Assembly (NCBI GenBank): GCA_963754945.1
Contig: CAVWIG010000007.1
Location: 1-64,000 of the forward strand
DNA length: 64,000 nt
Direction: 5' to 3'
Source: Methanotrichaceae archaeon
GTDB taxonomy: Archaea > Halobacteriota > Methanosarcinia > Methanotrichales > Methanotrichaceae
The stretch's first letter is position 1. Each line of letters begins with the position of its first letter. The notes beneath the pieces are model-generated. The model saw only the letters and a list, made by a program, of their open reading frames with translations. It did not search any database and was not told where the DNA came from. The translations under genes were made by a program, and so were the position numbers. Below, piece by piece: positions 1 to 10,434 of this stretch.

Positions 1-29
1 ATTATTGCAAAATTGTTAAAGGTGGTCTC

Positions 30-1026
30 ATGAAGAGCTTCATTTTCGTGGCTTTACTGGCAGTGGTAGTGCTGTTCTCTTTGGGCTGCATATCGTCACC
101 CTAGAAAAAAACAGATAACATCACGACTCTGCACATCGGCTACCAGCCGAGCACCCATCACATTGCAGAGATGGTGGCAGACGAAAAAGGCTGGTGGCTC
201 GCCGACCTAAAGCCCTTCGGCATAACAGGCATTAAGGAGTTCCAATTCCAGAATGGGCCGCCTGAGATGCAGGCTATGCTCGCGGGAGACCTCGACGTTG
301 CCTACGTTGGAGTGGCTCCGCCGATCTCCGCAATTGCCCAGGGCCTGGACGCCAAGATCGTAGCTGGCGTGAGCGTAAACGGGTCGAACCTCGTCTTCAG
401 GTCCGGCCTTAACTACAGCGGACCTCAGTCCCTGATGGGATTGAGCGGTAGGCACGTTCCCGCCAGGCTCCATCCAGGATATCACCCTGAAGAAGTGGCT
501 CAAGGAGAACGGCGTGGACGTTTCAAAGGTTAAGATACTCCCAATGGGACCAGGAGATGCTGTCACGGCTATAACAGCCGGCAAAGTGGACGCTGTCTTC
601 CTGCCCCAGTCGTCGCCCGCTATAATAGAAAGGGAGGACAAGGGCAGGTCCGTTGTGGCTGCCGGCCAGATGTGGCCCAATGCTGCAGCGAACTGCATAG
701 TCGTCAGCGGGAAGCTGATCAGGACCCAGCCTGACCTGGCCGAGCAGATAATCCGGACCCATATCAAGGCCACAGAATATGCCAACGCAAATCCAATGGA
801 AGCCGCCAAGATCTACTCCAACAGGACGCACCAGGATCTTCAGACCATCGAGTATTCTCTGCAGACCTGGGACGGGAGGTTGATCAGCGATCCTAAGGTG
901 GAGATACCCTCTGTTGAGGAGTACGCCCGTGTCAACTACGAGCTGAACTACACATCCAAGCTGCTGACAGCGAACGACCTATTCGACACTAACCTTTACG
1001 AACGGGTAATGTCAAAGAACAGCTGA
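30..1026 (+). pseudogene. ABC transporter substrate-binding lipoprotein, NitT/TauT (SsuA-like) family, disrupted
   Basis: ATG at 30 gives a lipoprotein signal MKSFIFVALLAVVVLFSLGC. There is an in-frame TAG at 102-104, after which the frame continues into ORF 171..533 (IGYQPSTHH, GPPEMQAMLAGDLDVAY). A +1 shift near 448 (agcggtaggc) leads into VGTFPPGSIQD and ORF 514..1026. Confidence 0.8.
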
Positions 1027-1164
1027 GATAAGATCCGTGGAGGGTGCTGCCAGGTATCGTACATCCTTCTTGCTCCCTCCTGCGGAACCTGGCGGTCGCT
1101 CTGGGCCATTTTTTTGGCGTACTCCAAAGTAAGGCCCCACTTGATCGCGAAATGGCCAATTCTA

Positions 1165-1321
1165 CTGCTACTACACGAAATGTTCTTGACGATTGCAACA
1201 AGTCCTTCATCTTACGATTTATCAACGTGCCCTTAATGTAATTGGCTACTCTATAACCGATAGCCGATCCAGGGCAAACGTGCTCATGAAATTCAACTGC
1301 ATTATTAAATTCCTCGCCCAC
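1165..1321 (-). pseudogene. FmdE-family (formylmethanofuran dehydrogenase subunit E-like) N-terminal remnant
   Basis: EFHEHVCPGSAIGYR resembles the FmdE FHGHxCPG motif. A shifted frame gives S*DEGLVAIVKNISCS (compare SEDEELVAIVENDSC), with a stop codon. Confidence 0.65.
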
Positions 1322-1397
1322 TTAACATCACTGCTCAGGATGATTTCACTATTATCAATCAAAATCACTATCAATTCAAATCGACTTTATATTCGCT

Positions 1398-1849
1398 TCA
1401 CTTTGACACGTCACCCTCGATGATCATGTTCAGGACGTAATCATAATCCAGAGTTTGGCACCATCCTGCCTTCTCGAAGATCGACATGAAGCAGACACCG
1501 ATGAGCTTCTTGTATTTTATCGTGGTTAGGAAATCCTTCATTTCTTCCGGCTTTACGCCAATCTTGGGCATGGCCATGCCACCCAAGACTACGACCACAT
1601 CAGCATCAGCGCTGCTCTTGTCCCCGAGCTCCAATCCGTACTCAGTGGAGATTATCTTGCGCGCTTTTTCTTTATTTAAGCCTGGAACAAAGGCCAGCTC
1701 TTTGTCTCTCACCGGATAACCCAGGAAGAGCGCGAAGGGAGTACAGAAGCCCGGAGAGCCCACGAAGGTTATTTTCTTCTCATCTTTCACAAGTTCTCTG
1801 AAGCCGTTCAGCATGCCGCCAAGGCCTTCACGTCTTGAACTTTTTCCAT
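1398..1849 (-). CDS. DUF2124-family methanogen protein (probable 1-nt frameshift near the 5' end)
   Basis: GSPGFCTPFALFLGY, LGGMAMPK and GVCFMSIFEKAGW motifs in ORF 1398..1814. ATG at 1849 (MEKVQDVK) joins GLGGMLNG only if one G is restored near 1823. Confidence 0.75.
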
Positions 1850-1994
1850 TGAAGATCGGTCTAAAGTATGTGGTTCTCAGGCTTTAACTTTGGGGAGACA
1901 AAAGTGATGAAATCCGAATAGGTGATTTACTCCTGAAAGTTTCAGGATAGGGTGCATAGCCAAGGTATATGATTTTTCAGTCCAATCCCCTATG

Positions 1995-3166
1995 GGTCGT
2001 GAGTCAACTATAGGCTGTTATAAATAGCCCCTGTCTACTATGCTGTATGGGGTGTAGCAAATGGGATTAAGAGGTCCAAAACCTCGATTTTTGGATGTAG
2101 CATGTCCAAATGAAAAGTGTGCACTATTTGGAATTGCTGGAAAAGGAAACGTTACAGTTTACGGAACCTATGAGAGAAGTTCCGGCAAGGGTAGAAAATT
2201 CGTCTGCCATTCATGCGCAACTAGGTTCTGCGATAGAACTAACACGCCATTATATGACCTACGGACAGATGAAGATAAAGTCAAGCTGGCTTTAAAAATG
2301 TCTATGCGCGGAATGAGCATTTTAGGTATCGCAGAAACTCTTGAGGTACAGCCGTCTACTGTAAGCACCTGGGTCTCAAGAGCTGGAGAGCATTGTGAAC
2401 GGGTAAACGAGGTTATTTTGAAAGACATCGAGACACCAAAAGTAGAGATGGACGAACTCTGGACTTTTGTGGGAAAAAAACGTTGCCCAGAAAAGATGAA
2501 TTCGAAGACTCCGGGAATTGGATCTGGATAAGCATGGCTACTGAATGTCGTCTGGTGCTTTCCCATGTAGTTGGTGAGCGGTCTCAGAAAATCGCAGATA
2601 AGCTCGTTGCAAATACCGCGAAAATGCTGAGATCAATACCATTATTTGTAACTGATGGATTAAAATTATATACAATAGCTCTCCGAAAGCAATATGGAAA
2701 GTTACAACTGTTTGCACCAACTGGCAAACGAGGACGACCTCGAAGTCCTAAATTAATAGTAGACGAACTGTTAAACTACGCGAAGGTTATTAAGATTCGG
2801 GCAGAAGGCAGACTTAAAAAAGTTGTTAAAAGGATCATATTTGGGGCGAATATAAAACTCAAGATGATATCTACTAGCTATATAGAACGACATAATCTAA
2901 CATGCAGACAAGATAATAACCGCATATCCAGGAAAACAATAGGCTTTTCTAAGAAAAATATGGAATTAGATCATCAAATGACCCTCTATTTCGCAAACTT
3001 CAATTACTGCAGAAAGCATCGCTCTCTGAAATACAGGGACGAGCGAGGGATAACAAGGCTCAATTGTCCTGCGAAGCAAGCCGGCTTAATTGATCACATC
3101 TGGAGCTTGCATGAACTATTGACCTTCTCCTATATCAAAATTAAAACCTATTAACAATTCGCGACC
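1995..3166 (+). mobile_element. IS1-family insertion sequence (archaeal type)
   Basis: Imperfect terminal inverted repeats GGTCGTGAGT (1995) and ATTCGCGACC (3166) enclose a two-ORF transposase. No target duplication is evident. Confidence 0.8.
2061..3154 (+). CDS. IS1-family transposase, InsA/InsB joined by a -1 programmed frameshift
   Basis: ORF1 (2061..2531) has a Zn-finger (CPNEKC..CHSC), an HTH and EMDELWTFVGKK. A slippery GGGAAAAAAA lies at 2471-2480. ORF2 in the -1 frame has FVTDGL and STSYIERHNLTCRQ...RKTIGFSK. Confidence 0.88.
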
Positions 3167-3482
3167 CATACTTCAGGCTCATTTTATAATGCTTTTGCGC
3201 CTGAAGAGGCGTTTGAGCTGGCTAAGGAGTTCGAATATTATTATACGCCAAAGAAAGGTAGCTGGCTCAACATGGCTGAGATAGAACTCTCAGCCCTATC
3301 GAAGCAATGCCTCGATCGTCGGATTGGAGACATCGATACTTTAACCAAAGAGGCTTCGGTGTGGGCACAAGAACGTAACGCAAAAAAAAACTACTGTAAG
3401 ATGGAAATTCACGAAGAATGATGCAAGATTAAAGCTAAACAGGCATTATATTAATTTGCAAAATTAATGTTATGGTGCACTA
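3167..3482 (+). mobile_element. IS630-family transposase 3' remnant with right end
   Basis: Translates HTSGSFYNAFAPEEAF...YTPKKGSWLNMAEIELSAL.KQCLDRRI, the IS630 DDE C-terminus. An A-run frameshift lies near 3383-3390. The element ends in TTAATGTTATGGTGCAC-TA. Confidence 0.85.
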
Positions 3483-3794
3483 GTTCAGTTCCATCCTATA
3501 GGTTTTCTCGAAAAAAGATTCATAACTCTTTTTTTCAACTTCAGGCATTTCCGGATTCATAAATAATGGATAATTAGAATTTTGTAAAGTATATCTCGCA
3601 TCAATTTCCCTGAACTCTTCTTTGAGCTTTGACCATAAATCAGACTCTTCAAATTGTTGTTTCATAACTTGCGCAGCTTTATTATAGGTCTCCTTGGAAA
3701 GGATTTCCCTACTAAATCCTTTTTCAATAATTAGCCAATCCTCATATTGCTTAAGATCTCCTGGTTTGGCTTTTTCTATGTTAGCCCCTCCCAC
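3480..3794 (-). pseudogene. Hypothetical protein N-terminus truncated by the IS630 end
   Basis: AT-rich 104-aa ORF whose TAG stop coincides with the CTAG at the IS630 junction. It ends just after KSYESFFEKTYR. Confidence 0.55.
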
Positions 3795-4136
3795 ACGAAT
3801 TCCAAATAATCATATCAATCCATTATGTATTTGAGTTTTTGCCTGTATACATTGGAAGCAATAAACTAATAACCTCCGATTTGGGCTCGATTTTTTTAAA
3901 GTATATACGATATTTAACGTAATATTTAGTCATCTTACATGGCGAGGTCTATTAGCTATGTGTCCAAAAGTCAAGCAAAGGAGGAGCAATGGCACAATCA
4001 TTGTATTTGTCCATCCTCTTCTTTTCTAAGGAGGACCTTGTAGCGAAGAGTTGTCAATTGTTCTCAAATCACTTTTTCAACGGATAGACTTTGTGGCCTC
4101 TGGGCCATTCCCAAAAGCCAATAGCACATTTCTTTA

Positions 4137-4793
4137 CTAAACCCTTCTCGCATTCCTGACGATCGCTCTGTAAATATAAGTAACCGTATTCCCAATGAAG
4201 AACTTCGGCGGCGTCCTCTTACCCAAAATCTTGGTCCGCCCGGCCCGTATTGCCTCCAGCACTCCATCCACATCCTCTGCTTCTATCTCCGTCACCCCTA
4301 GCCCCACGGTGTCGGCGAAATGCGAATCACTCCCCGCCACCATCGACATTCCGCGCCTCTTGGCCTCGAACTTTGCCCTGCCGTTGGCCAGTCCGAAAAG
4401 ATGCTTGGAGTTGTAAACCTCCACAGCATCAGCATCCGGAATCCTGCCTATGGCGTGTCTGAAGGGGTGGTAAGGATGTGGGACATCGGCAATCCCGCCA
4501 AGGTCGTGAGCACTCTCGATGGTCTTTTCGGGGCTTTTATTCCTCTCAGGAGCCTTATCAACCCCTAGAACCAAGAGATGGCCTTCCGAAGTTGTGACCT
4601 CGATCCCGGGTATTAGAATTAAATCGAGCTTCAGCTCCTTTATGTATCTCCTGGCAGCAGGTATTCCCCGCATGGTATCGTGATCGGTAATGGCAATGCC
4701 GTCCAGGCCTCTTCTCTTCGCAGCCTTGATTATATCTTTTACATCGGCATGGCCGTCTGAGTAAGTAGAATGAATGTGCAGGTCGAACTTCAT
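4137..4793 (-). CDS. PHP-family metal-dependent phosphoesterase
   Basis: DLHIHSTYSDG, AITDHD, GIEVTT, HPYH and AGSDSH motifs. Confidence 0.92.
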   Translation of the reverse strand: MKFDLHIHSTYSDGHADVKDIIKAAKRRGLDGIAITDHDTMRGIPAARRYIKELKLDLILIPGIEVTTSEGHLLVLGVDKAPERNKSPEKTIESAHDLGGIADVPHPYHPFRHAIGRIPDADAVEVYNSKHLFGLANGRAKFEAKRRGMSMVAGSDSHFADTVGLGVTEIEAEDVDGVLEAIRAGRTKILGKRTPPKFFIGNTVTYIYRAIVRNARRV

Positions 4794-4805
4794 GTCTGTC
4801 TTCCG

Positions 4806-6050
4806 CTAATTTTTCCCCGGCTGAGTTATATAGCCTTTGATGGCCCCGAAAGCGGCAGTAGCAGGCGACGCCAGATAAACCGACCCGCCCTTTCCCATCC
4901 TTCCGGGGAAGTTGCGGTTGGAGGTTGACAGGCAGACCTCTCCATCTCCGAGAACGCCCATATGAGCCCCAAGGCACGGCCCGCATCCGGGCGGACCGAT
5001 CATCGCTCCTGCTTCGACCAGGATCTCGATTATGCCCTGTTGGAGTGCTTTGAGCAGGACCTCTCTCGATGCCGGTATGATCAGAGTCCTGACTGCTACC
5101 TTGTGGCCCTTGATGATCCTCGCCGCTGCCTCCAGGTCTTCGAGCCTGCCGTTGGTGCATGTGCCTATGAACACCTGGTCAATCTTTGTGCCCTCGAACT
5201 CAGAAACTGGACGGACATTGTCCACCCGGCAGGGGAAGGCGATCTGGGGCTCCAGATCGGTGACGTCGTACTCAAGCTCGGTGTCATAGGAACCGGGGTC
5301 TGAAAATACAGGACTGTACTCCGCTCTGGCCCTTCCTTTGAGATATGAATCTGTTTTTTCATCAGGAGGGACGATGGTCGCTTTTGCACCCATCTCAACA
5401 CCCATATTGCACAGGGTCATCCTTCCTGAGATGCTCATCTTCTCGATTGTTGGGCCGAAGTACTCGATGGCCTTGTAGGTTGCACCGTCAGCGCCTAGGT
5501 CGCCGATGATCTTCAGGGCAAGGTCCTTGGCTGCAACATTGGGCCCTAGATTTCCCGTGATCTTAATTCCTGTTGTCTCGGGCACCTTGAACCACAGCCT
5601 ACCACGCGAATAGATTTCGGCCATGTCCGTTGCGCCTACACCGGTGGCGAAGGCTCCAAAAGCTCCGTAGGTGCAGGAGTGCGAGTCAGCGCCAACAATT
5701 AACTTACCGGGCATTGCGAACCCCTGCTCAGGAAAGACCTGATGGCAGACACCGGAGCCGCAATCAAAAAAGTTGGAGATACCCTGCTCTATTGCCCACT
5801 CTCGAACCTCCTTCTGCAGTGTGGCGGCGACATCGTTATTGGCCGGGATCTGGTGGTCGAAGGGTATTACGATCCTCTCGGGGTCCCACACCCTCTCCGA
5901 TCCCATATCCTGGAATGCCTTGATAGCAAGGACGGAGGTCCCGTCGTGGGACATGGCGTAGTCCACGTCCGCCTCGACGATCTCCCCTGGCTCAATGATA
6001 CTTTCGGACCCAGAGGCCCGGGTGAGGATCTTCTGGCTAATGGTAGGCAT
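4806..6050 (-). CDS. hacA: Homoaconitase / isopropylmalate dehydratase-family large subunit (methanogen HacA/AksD-like)
   Basis: [28 protein letters not shown] and the [4Fe-4S] ligands in [11 protein letters not shown] and GCGPCLG. The N-terminus resembles Methanosarcinales HacA as recalled; LeuC is not excluded. Confidence 0.8.
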   Translation of the reverse strand: MPTISQKILTRASGSESIIEPGEIVEADVDYAMSHDGTSVLAIKAFQDMGSERVWDPERIVIPFDHQIPANNDVAATLQKEVREWAIEQGISNFFDCGSGVCHQVFPEQGFAMPGKLIVGADSHSCTYGAFGAFATGVGATDMAEIYSRGRLWFKVPETTGIKITGNLGPNVAAKDLALKIIGDLGADGATYKAIEYFGPTIEKMSISGRMTLCNMGVEMGAKATIVPPDEKTDSYLKGRARAEYSPVFSDPGSYDTELEYDVTDLEPQIAFPCRVDNVRPVSEFEGTKIDQVFIGTCTNGRLEDLEAAARIIKGHKVAVRTLIIPASREVLLKALQQGIIEILVEAGAMIGPPGCGPCLGAHMGVLGDGEVCLSTSNRNFPGRMGKGGSVYLASPATAAFGAIKGYITQPGKN

Positions 6051-6063
6051 ATCTTACGTTATC

Positions 6064-7962
6064 TCAACGCTTGCACTCGATGTCCTCAGATCTAGGCAGC
6101 ATGTAGGCGATGTCCTCCGCCGGATGTCTGTAGAGCCTGGCTCCCAGGCGCTTCTGATCCAGGATGTGACCGATGAGGCCGATGCTCCTGCCCAGAGCAA
6201 AGAGTCCGTTCAGATAGCCGAGCTTTACAACCTCGTCTATCTCTGCCTTTGTGAAAGCATCGCAGGAAGACATCAGGTCTAAGAATAGGATGCCTATGCA
6301 GCCATCGACGTTCAGGATCAGATTGCCCTTCTTGGCTGTGGTCAGCCTCTCCACTTCTAAGGCATAGTCCAGCAGCTCAGTTCGCGCGAAGTTCTTCCTG
6401 GCGTACTCAATCAGGAGCTGTACTCTCACGTCCGGGTTCTTTACGCTCTTGACCCTGTGACCTATTCCTGGGATGTTTATGCCCTTGCGCTTCATCTCGC
6501 CGACGAACTGCTCTGGAGACAGACTGGTCTCCTTTGCCCTCTTGAACTCCCTGGCGGCGTCGTCTATGGCTCCGCCAAACCTCGGCCCGATGGTCAGCAA
6601 GCCGCTGCATAACGAGGATATCAGGTCCTTTCCCGCACATGACGCCACTATGGAGTTGTGGGCAGCAGACACAGCCGGGCCGTGATCCGCTACTATCTGG
6701 AGAACAAGCTCTATGAAATTAGCAGCATAGTCGGGAAGCTGCTTCTTGAACCACAAGAGGCCAATCACTCCACCGATGCCCACCCGATGTTCCAGGACGT
6801 CGCTGATCTTCTTGCCGGCGTACAGGAGTTCTTCACCGCTATCGTCCGAGATGGAGCAGATGAAGGTGGTTGGCTTGCGGATCAGTCCTGAGGAGAGGGC
6901 CTTGCTGTAGTCCGCGGGCAGCCTTGGCACCTCTGGCTCGACTACGTCCGCGACTTTTCCCTGAGATTTTAGCATCTCGTAAACTTGTTTTACCTTCTCT
7001 CCATAATCATCAAAAGAGTCGGGGACGTATGCGCCTGCGTTCTTGAAGGCCTCATTCTTGGCCTGAGCTGTCTCTTTTTGGCTGTCCGCTTTCGCTCCAG
7101 CGTGGCCGAACTGAACGGAGGATGGAAGCACGGGCCCGCAGGTCCCGGTGACCCAGGCCACAAGTGGCTTTGTGATCTTTCCGGCCTTCAGGGCCTCTAT
7201 TATCCTGTACTCGTCCGTCCCGCCCAGCTCTCCGAGGCATGCTATCATCTCGATCTCCGGGTTGGCCTCGTACCTCATTATGTGATCGAGCATGGTGCTT
7301 CCAGGGTAACGGTCCCCGCCGATGGCAACACCCTCGTAGATCCCGTTGGAGTTCCTGGATATTATGTTGAATGCCTCGTTGAGCATGCCCCCAGATTTAG
7401 AGACAAACCCGACTGATCCGGGCCGATACAGCTTTGAGGCGATGATGTTCTCTATGGTTCCAGCGGTGTTCCCAATCCGGAAGGCTCCTGCCGTCATCCC
7501 GCCAACGGTTGCCGGTCCTATGACAGTCTTGCCAAGCTTTCTGGCCGTTGCAGCCAAGATCCTGGCCTTCCTCTCTGGCACACCCTCGGCGATGACTGCG
7601 ATTGTCCGGATGGTATTCTGCTCCAGGGCTTCCATTGTAGTCTCGAAGGCAGAGCGGTGAGATGCGAAGTTCACCATAACATCTGCCTCCGGGTGCGCTA
7701 TGGCGGCTTCGTGTATGGTCTTGAACATCGGGAGAATGATCTCCTTGGTCCCCCAGAATGCCTTGTGAATGCCCGCGCGGTTGGAGTTGATGATTGCCGA
7801 AATGCTTGGGCTATCTCGCTTGCAGATGTAGTCGAAGTCCAGCATCCTCTGGATGGCATTGGTCTGGTAGCCGTAAACGAAGGCTTTGGTGCTCCGATCG
7901 AAGAGCACATGATCATTTTTTGTCGAAACGGATTCCGATTTTGTAGCTGTGGCCGAAGTCAT
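6064..7962 (-). CDS. aclA: ATP-citrate lyase large subunit (CoA-binding, phospho-His and citryl-CoA lyase domains)
   Basis: QRMLDFDYIC, IGPATVGG, phospho-His QFGHAGA, ADHGPAVS, GIGHRVKSVKNPDVRV and LILNVDG. Confidence 0.93.
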   Translation of the reverse strand: MTSATATKSESVSTKNDHVLFDRSTKAFVYGYQTNAIQRMLDFDYICKRDSPSISAIINSNRAGIHKAFWGTKEIILPMFKTIHEAAIAHPEADVMVNFASHRSAFETTMEALEQNTIRTIAVIAEGVPERKARILAATARKLGKTVIGPATVGGMTAGAFRIGNTAGTIENIIASKLYRPGSVGFVSKSGGMLNEAFNIISRNSNGIYEGVAIGGDRYPGSTMLDHIMRYEANPEIEMIACLGELGGTDEYRIIEALKAGKITKPLVAWVTGTCGPVLPSSVQFGHAGAKADSQKETAQAKNEAFKNAGAYVPDSFDDYGEKVKQVYEMLKSQGKVADVVEPEVPRLPADYSKALSSGLIRKPTTFICSISDDSGEELLYAGKKISDVLEHRVGIGGVIGLLWFKKQLPDYAANFIELVLQIVADHGPAVSAAHNSIVASCAGKDLISSLCSGLLTIGPRFGGAIDDAAREFKRAKETSLSPEQFVGEMKRKGINIPGIGHRVKSVKNPDVRVQLLIEYARKNFARTELLDYALEVERLTTAKKGNLILNVDGCIGILFLDLMSSCDAFTKAEIDEVVKLGYLNGLFALGRSIGLIGHILDQKRLGARLYRHPAEDIAYMLPRSEDIECKR

Positions 7963-9230
7963 TGTCGCTCACCACCGCCAAGGGCCAGTGGAACTATTCG
8001 AGTCATGTGGGTATCAGGACCGTACACCTCGATCGGAACCCCCAGCATTTCTCCCAGCTCGCGCATGAGCTTGAGGCCTACCTCATAGTTGGGCCCTCCC
8101 CTGCGCACGTAAATCTTCACCCCAGCATCGTGAAGAATGTCCTGGTACTCCTTGAGGGCCATCACGATTCCCTTGAAGGTTTTGGCCACGTCGGTGAAGT
8201 TGGCTATGGCCCCTCCGATCATGAGCACCTTTCCTTCAGGGTCCTTCTCCCGGGTCATGAGGTCAAGGATGGTCTTGCAGTACAGGTAGGTCTCCTCGGT
8301 GTTGGGGTCGCCGCTGTACTCGCCGTAGTTGGCCAGCTCTCCCGCGTGACCCAGATCACAGATTGTGTCGGCATAGATGACGCTGGCCCCGCCTCCGGCC
8401 ACCATCGTCCACACCCTTCCCTTGGGGTTTAGAACTGTCAGCTTCAGGGAGGCTCCGGTCTTCGAGTCCAGATCTTTTATGAATAGCTCCTCCTCGCACA
8501 TAGTCCTTCCGAAGGGCTCCGGGAAGATCAGTCCATCCCACTTTTTGCTCTGCCAATATTCTTCGGCGTCGTCAAGCTTCGCTACGAGATCGAGGGGGAC
8601 TATCGATCCATCGTCGAAGGTGAAGGGGTTGATCTCCAGATAAGCGAATCCCAAATCGACATAGAAACGGTAAAGGGCTTTGATGAAGGATTCTACGGCG
8701 GGTTGCCTGTCTCCGAGAGAAGACGGCAGCTTGGAGTGCAGATCGACTCTGTCTATGCCCTCCAGGACGTCAACCCGAACCTGGGCAACTTCGTCCCACT
8801 TTTCCTCAACACAGATACCTCCTTCAGTAGAGAAAAAAATATTGTCGCCATCATAGTCTGAGCTTATGGCCACGTAGAGTTCCTCGCGATGGGGCACAAA
8901 GGGCTCCACAAGGAAATGGGTCAACTTTCCTGCCATGCCTCCGACTACCGCCTCGGACCCCATGTTCTCCTTAAGGTATGCTAGTGCCTCGTTCCAGGTC
9001 GCATCCAGAAGGACCAGGCCAAGCTTCCCTCTTTTGCCAAAGAGCTGATCCGGCTTAACGACGAGCTTTTTGGCCTCCAGCCAGGGATTCTCGGCCGCGA
9101 GACTGTCCAAATCCGTGTCCGGGCTCACAAGGGCGATTTCCCCTCTATAAGAGAAATCCGTGAGGTAATCGGGAAGGTATTTGGCCAGCATGCGTTTCGC
9201 ATCGTATTCCCTTATGCCTCTCTGTGCCAT
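7959..9230 (-). CDS. aclB: ATP-citrate lyase small subunit (ATP-grasp and citrate-binding domains)
   Basis: Likely start MAQRGIREYDAK at 9230. Motifs VVKPDQLFGKRGK, LEINP, MVAGGGASVIY, NYGEYSG, IANFTDV and VRRGGPNY. Overlaps aclA by 4 bp. Confidence 0.93.
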   Translation of the reverse strand: MAQRGIREYDAKRMLAKYLPDYLTDFSYRGEIALVSPDTDLDSLAAENPWLEAKKLVVKPDQLFGKRGKLGLVLLDATWNEALAYLKENMGSEAVVGGMAGKLTHFLVEPFVPHREELYVAISSDYDGDNIFFSTEGGICVEEKWDEVAQVRVDVLEGIDRVDLHSKLPSSLGDRQPAVESFIKALYRFYVDLGFAYLEINPFTFDDGSIVPLDLVAKLDDAEEYWQSKKWDGLIFPEPFGRTMCEEELFIKDLDSKTGASLKLTVLNPKGRVWTMVAGGGASVIYADTICDLGHAGELANYGEYSGDPNTEETYLYCKTILDLMTREKDPEGKVLMIGGAIANFTDVAKTFKGIVMALKEYQDILHDAGVKIYVRRGGPNYEVGLKLMRELGEMLGVPIEVYGPDTHMTRIVPLALGGGERQ

Positions 9231-9352
9231 GTCCAAAACCACCTTCGCCGTCCTAACGTCATTCCCATTTACAAACCTTTCTAAAGGATTGGGCTTTCCG
9301 CAATGGATCTTCTTTGGAAAAGCTGAAATATTTACCTGCAATCCAGAGGATC

Positions 9353-10351
9353 ATGGACTGCCCCTGCTGCGGAAAAGATTGTGTCCGACCTGCACAAGAG
9401 GTCTTGGCAAGCATCGACACAATGTACATGGCCTGCCCTGACTGCGCGGCAGATCCCAATTTAGACAAAAGCAGCCCTTTTAAGGATCTGCCGGAGCGCA
9501 TAGACCGGTGCAATTCATGCGGCAGAGCACCCCTGGATGTCGTCATGCTGGATGCGTTGAACATCCTCGTAGAGATGGGCCTTCGCGACAAGGGAGACAA
9601 CTTGCGCAGTGTGGGCTCACCACTCATCGCCGTCGGCTACAAGTTGGCTTATCCTCCCCGCCTTGGACCAAAGTCCCTTATCATCGCAGGAGAGCGTCTG
9701 AACAAAGATGCTGCAGAGGCAATTTTGAGGCGCATTCCCGAGGTCAAAGGCGTCATCCTGAGCGGCGGAGTGCCTGGAGTGGTTGATTCTGAGATGGGTC
9801 CCAGGGCGTGGAGCCTTCTGGCCGGGTGTGACATGCGAGGTGACGTCGTCCAGAGCCTGTTTGGAGAGCTGGTCATCTACAGGAGCCAGTCCAAAATACA
9901 CATCGAGTTTCCAAGATCGGGCTCACCGAAGATGAAGATCCTGGAGAGCCTGTACTTTAAGGGCAAATTGACAGATGTGGTGGACGGTCTTTGCGGCCCG
10001 GGAACCCTCGGGCTGATGTGTGTTCTGGCCGATGCCAGGCGCGTCGTGCTGAACGACATCTGGCTTCCTGCGGTGGAGAACATCATGCTGAACCTGGAGG
10101 CTAACAAGGTCCTTCTGGGGATAGAGAATATAGAGCGCCTGAAGCATCCAACGGACGTGGTGGCTGGCGAGCCTGTCCTTGTCGGGCGAGCATCGGGGGC
10201 TTGTGAGATAGAAGTATATCACGGCGACCTGAAAAGGCTTTTCTCGAAGGCAAGGCCCGCGAGCCTCTGCCTCATCGACCATTTCCCCGGCTCGGATACG
10301 CGTCAACTGGAAGAGGTCTGTCGCTGCTGCGTAGAGACAGTGATAGTGTAG
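9353..10351 (+). CDS. Cys-rich putative SAM-dependent methyltransferase-like protein
   Basis: Start MDCPCCGK after an AGAGGA RBS. It has CxxC pairs and a motif-I-like VVDGLCGPGTLGL followed by VVLNDIW. Confidence 0.7.
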   Translation: MDCPCCGKDCVRPAQEVLASIDTMYMACPDCAADPNLDKSSPFKDLPERIDRCNSCGRAPLDVVMLDALNILVEMGLRDKGDNLRSVGSPLIAVGYKLAYPPRLGPKSLIIAGERLNKDAAEAILRRIPEVKGVILSGGVPGVVDSEMGPRAWSLLAGCDMRGDVVQSLFGELVIYRSQSKIHIEFPRSGSPKMKILESLYFKGKLTDVVDGLCGPGTLGLMCVLADARRVVLNDIWLPAVENIMLNLEANKVLLGIENIERLKHPTDVVAGEPVLVGRASGACEIEVYHGDLKRLFSKARPASLCLIDHFPGSDTRQLEEVCRCCVETVIV

Positions 10352-10434
10352 ACGATAATAGTGTAGACTTGTGTATGCGCAGATGCGAATGGATGTAGCA
10401 TACACACAGGGACGGAAAACAAAAGAAAATTAAG

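Noticed and set aside
102-104. In-frame TAG as pyrrolysine read-through
   Set aside because: The same gene also has a frameshift, there are no pyl genes in the window, and thg1 here lacks an amber codon.
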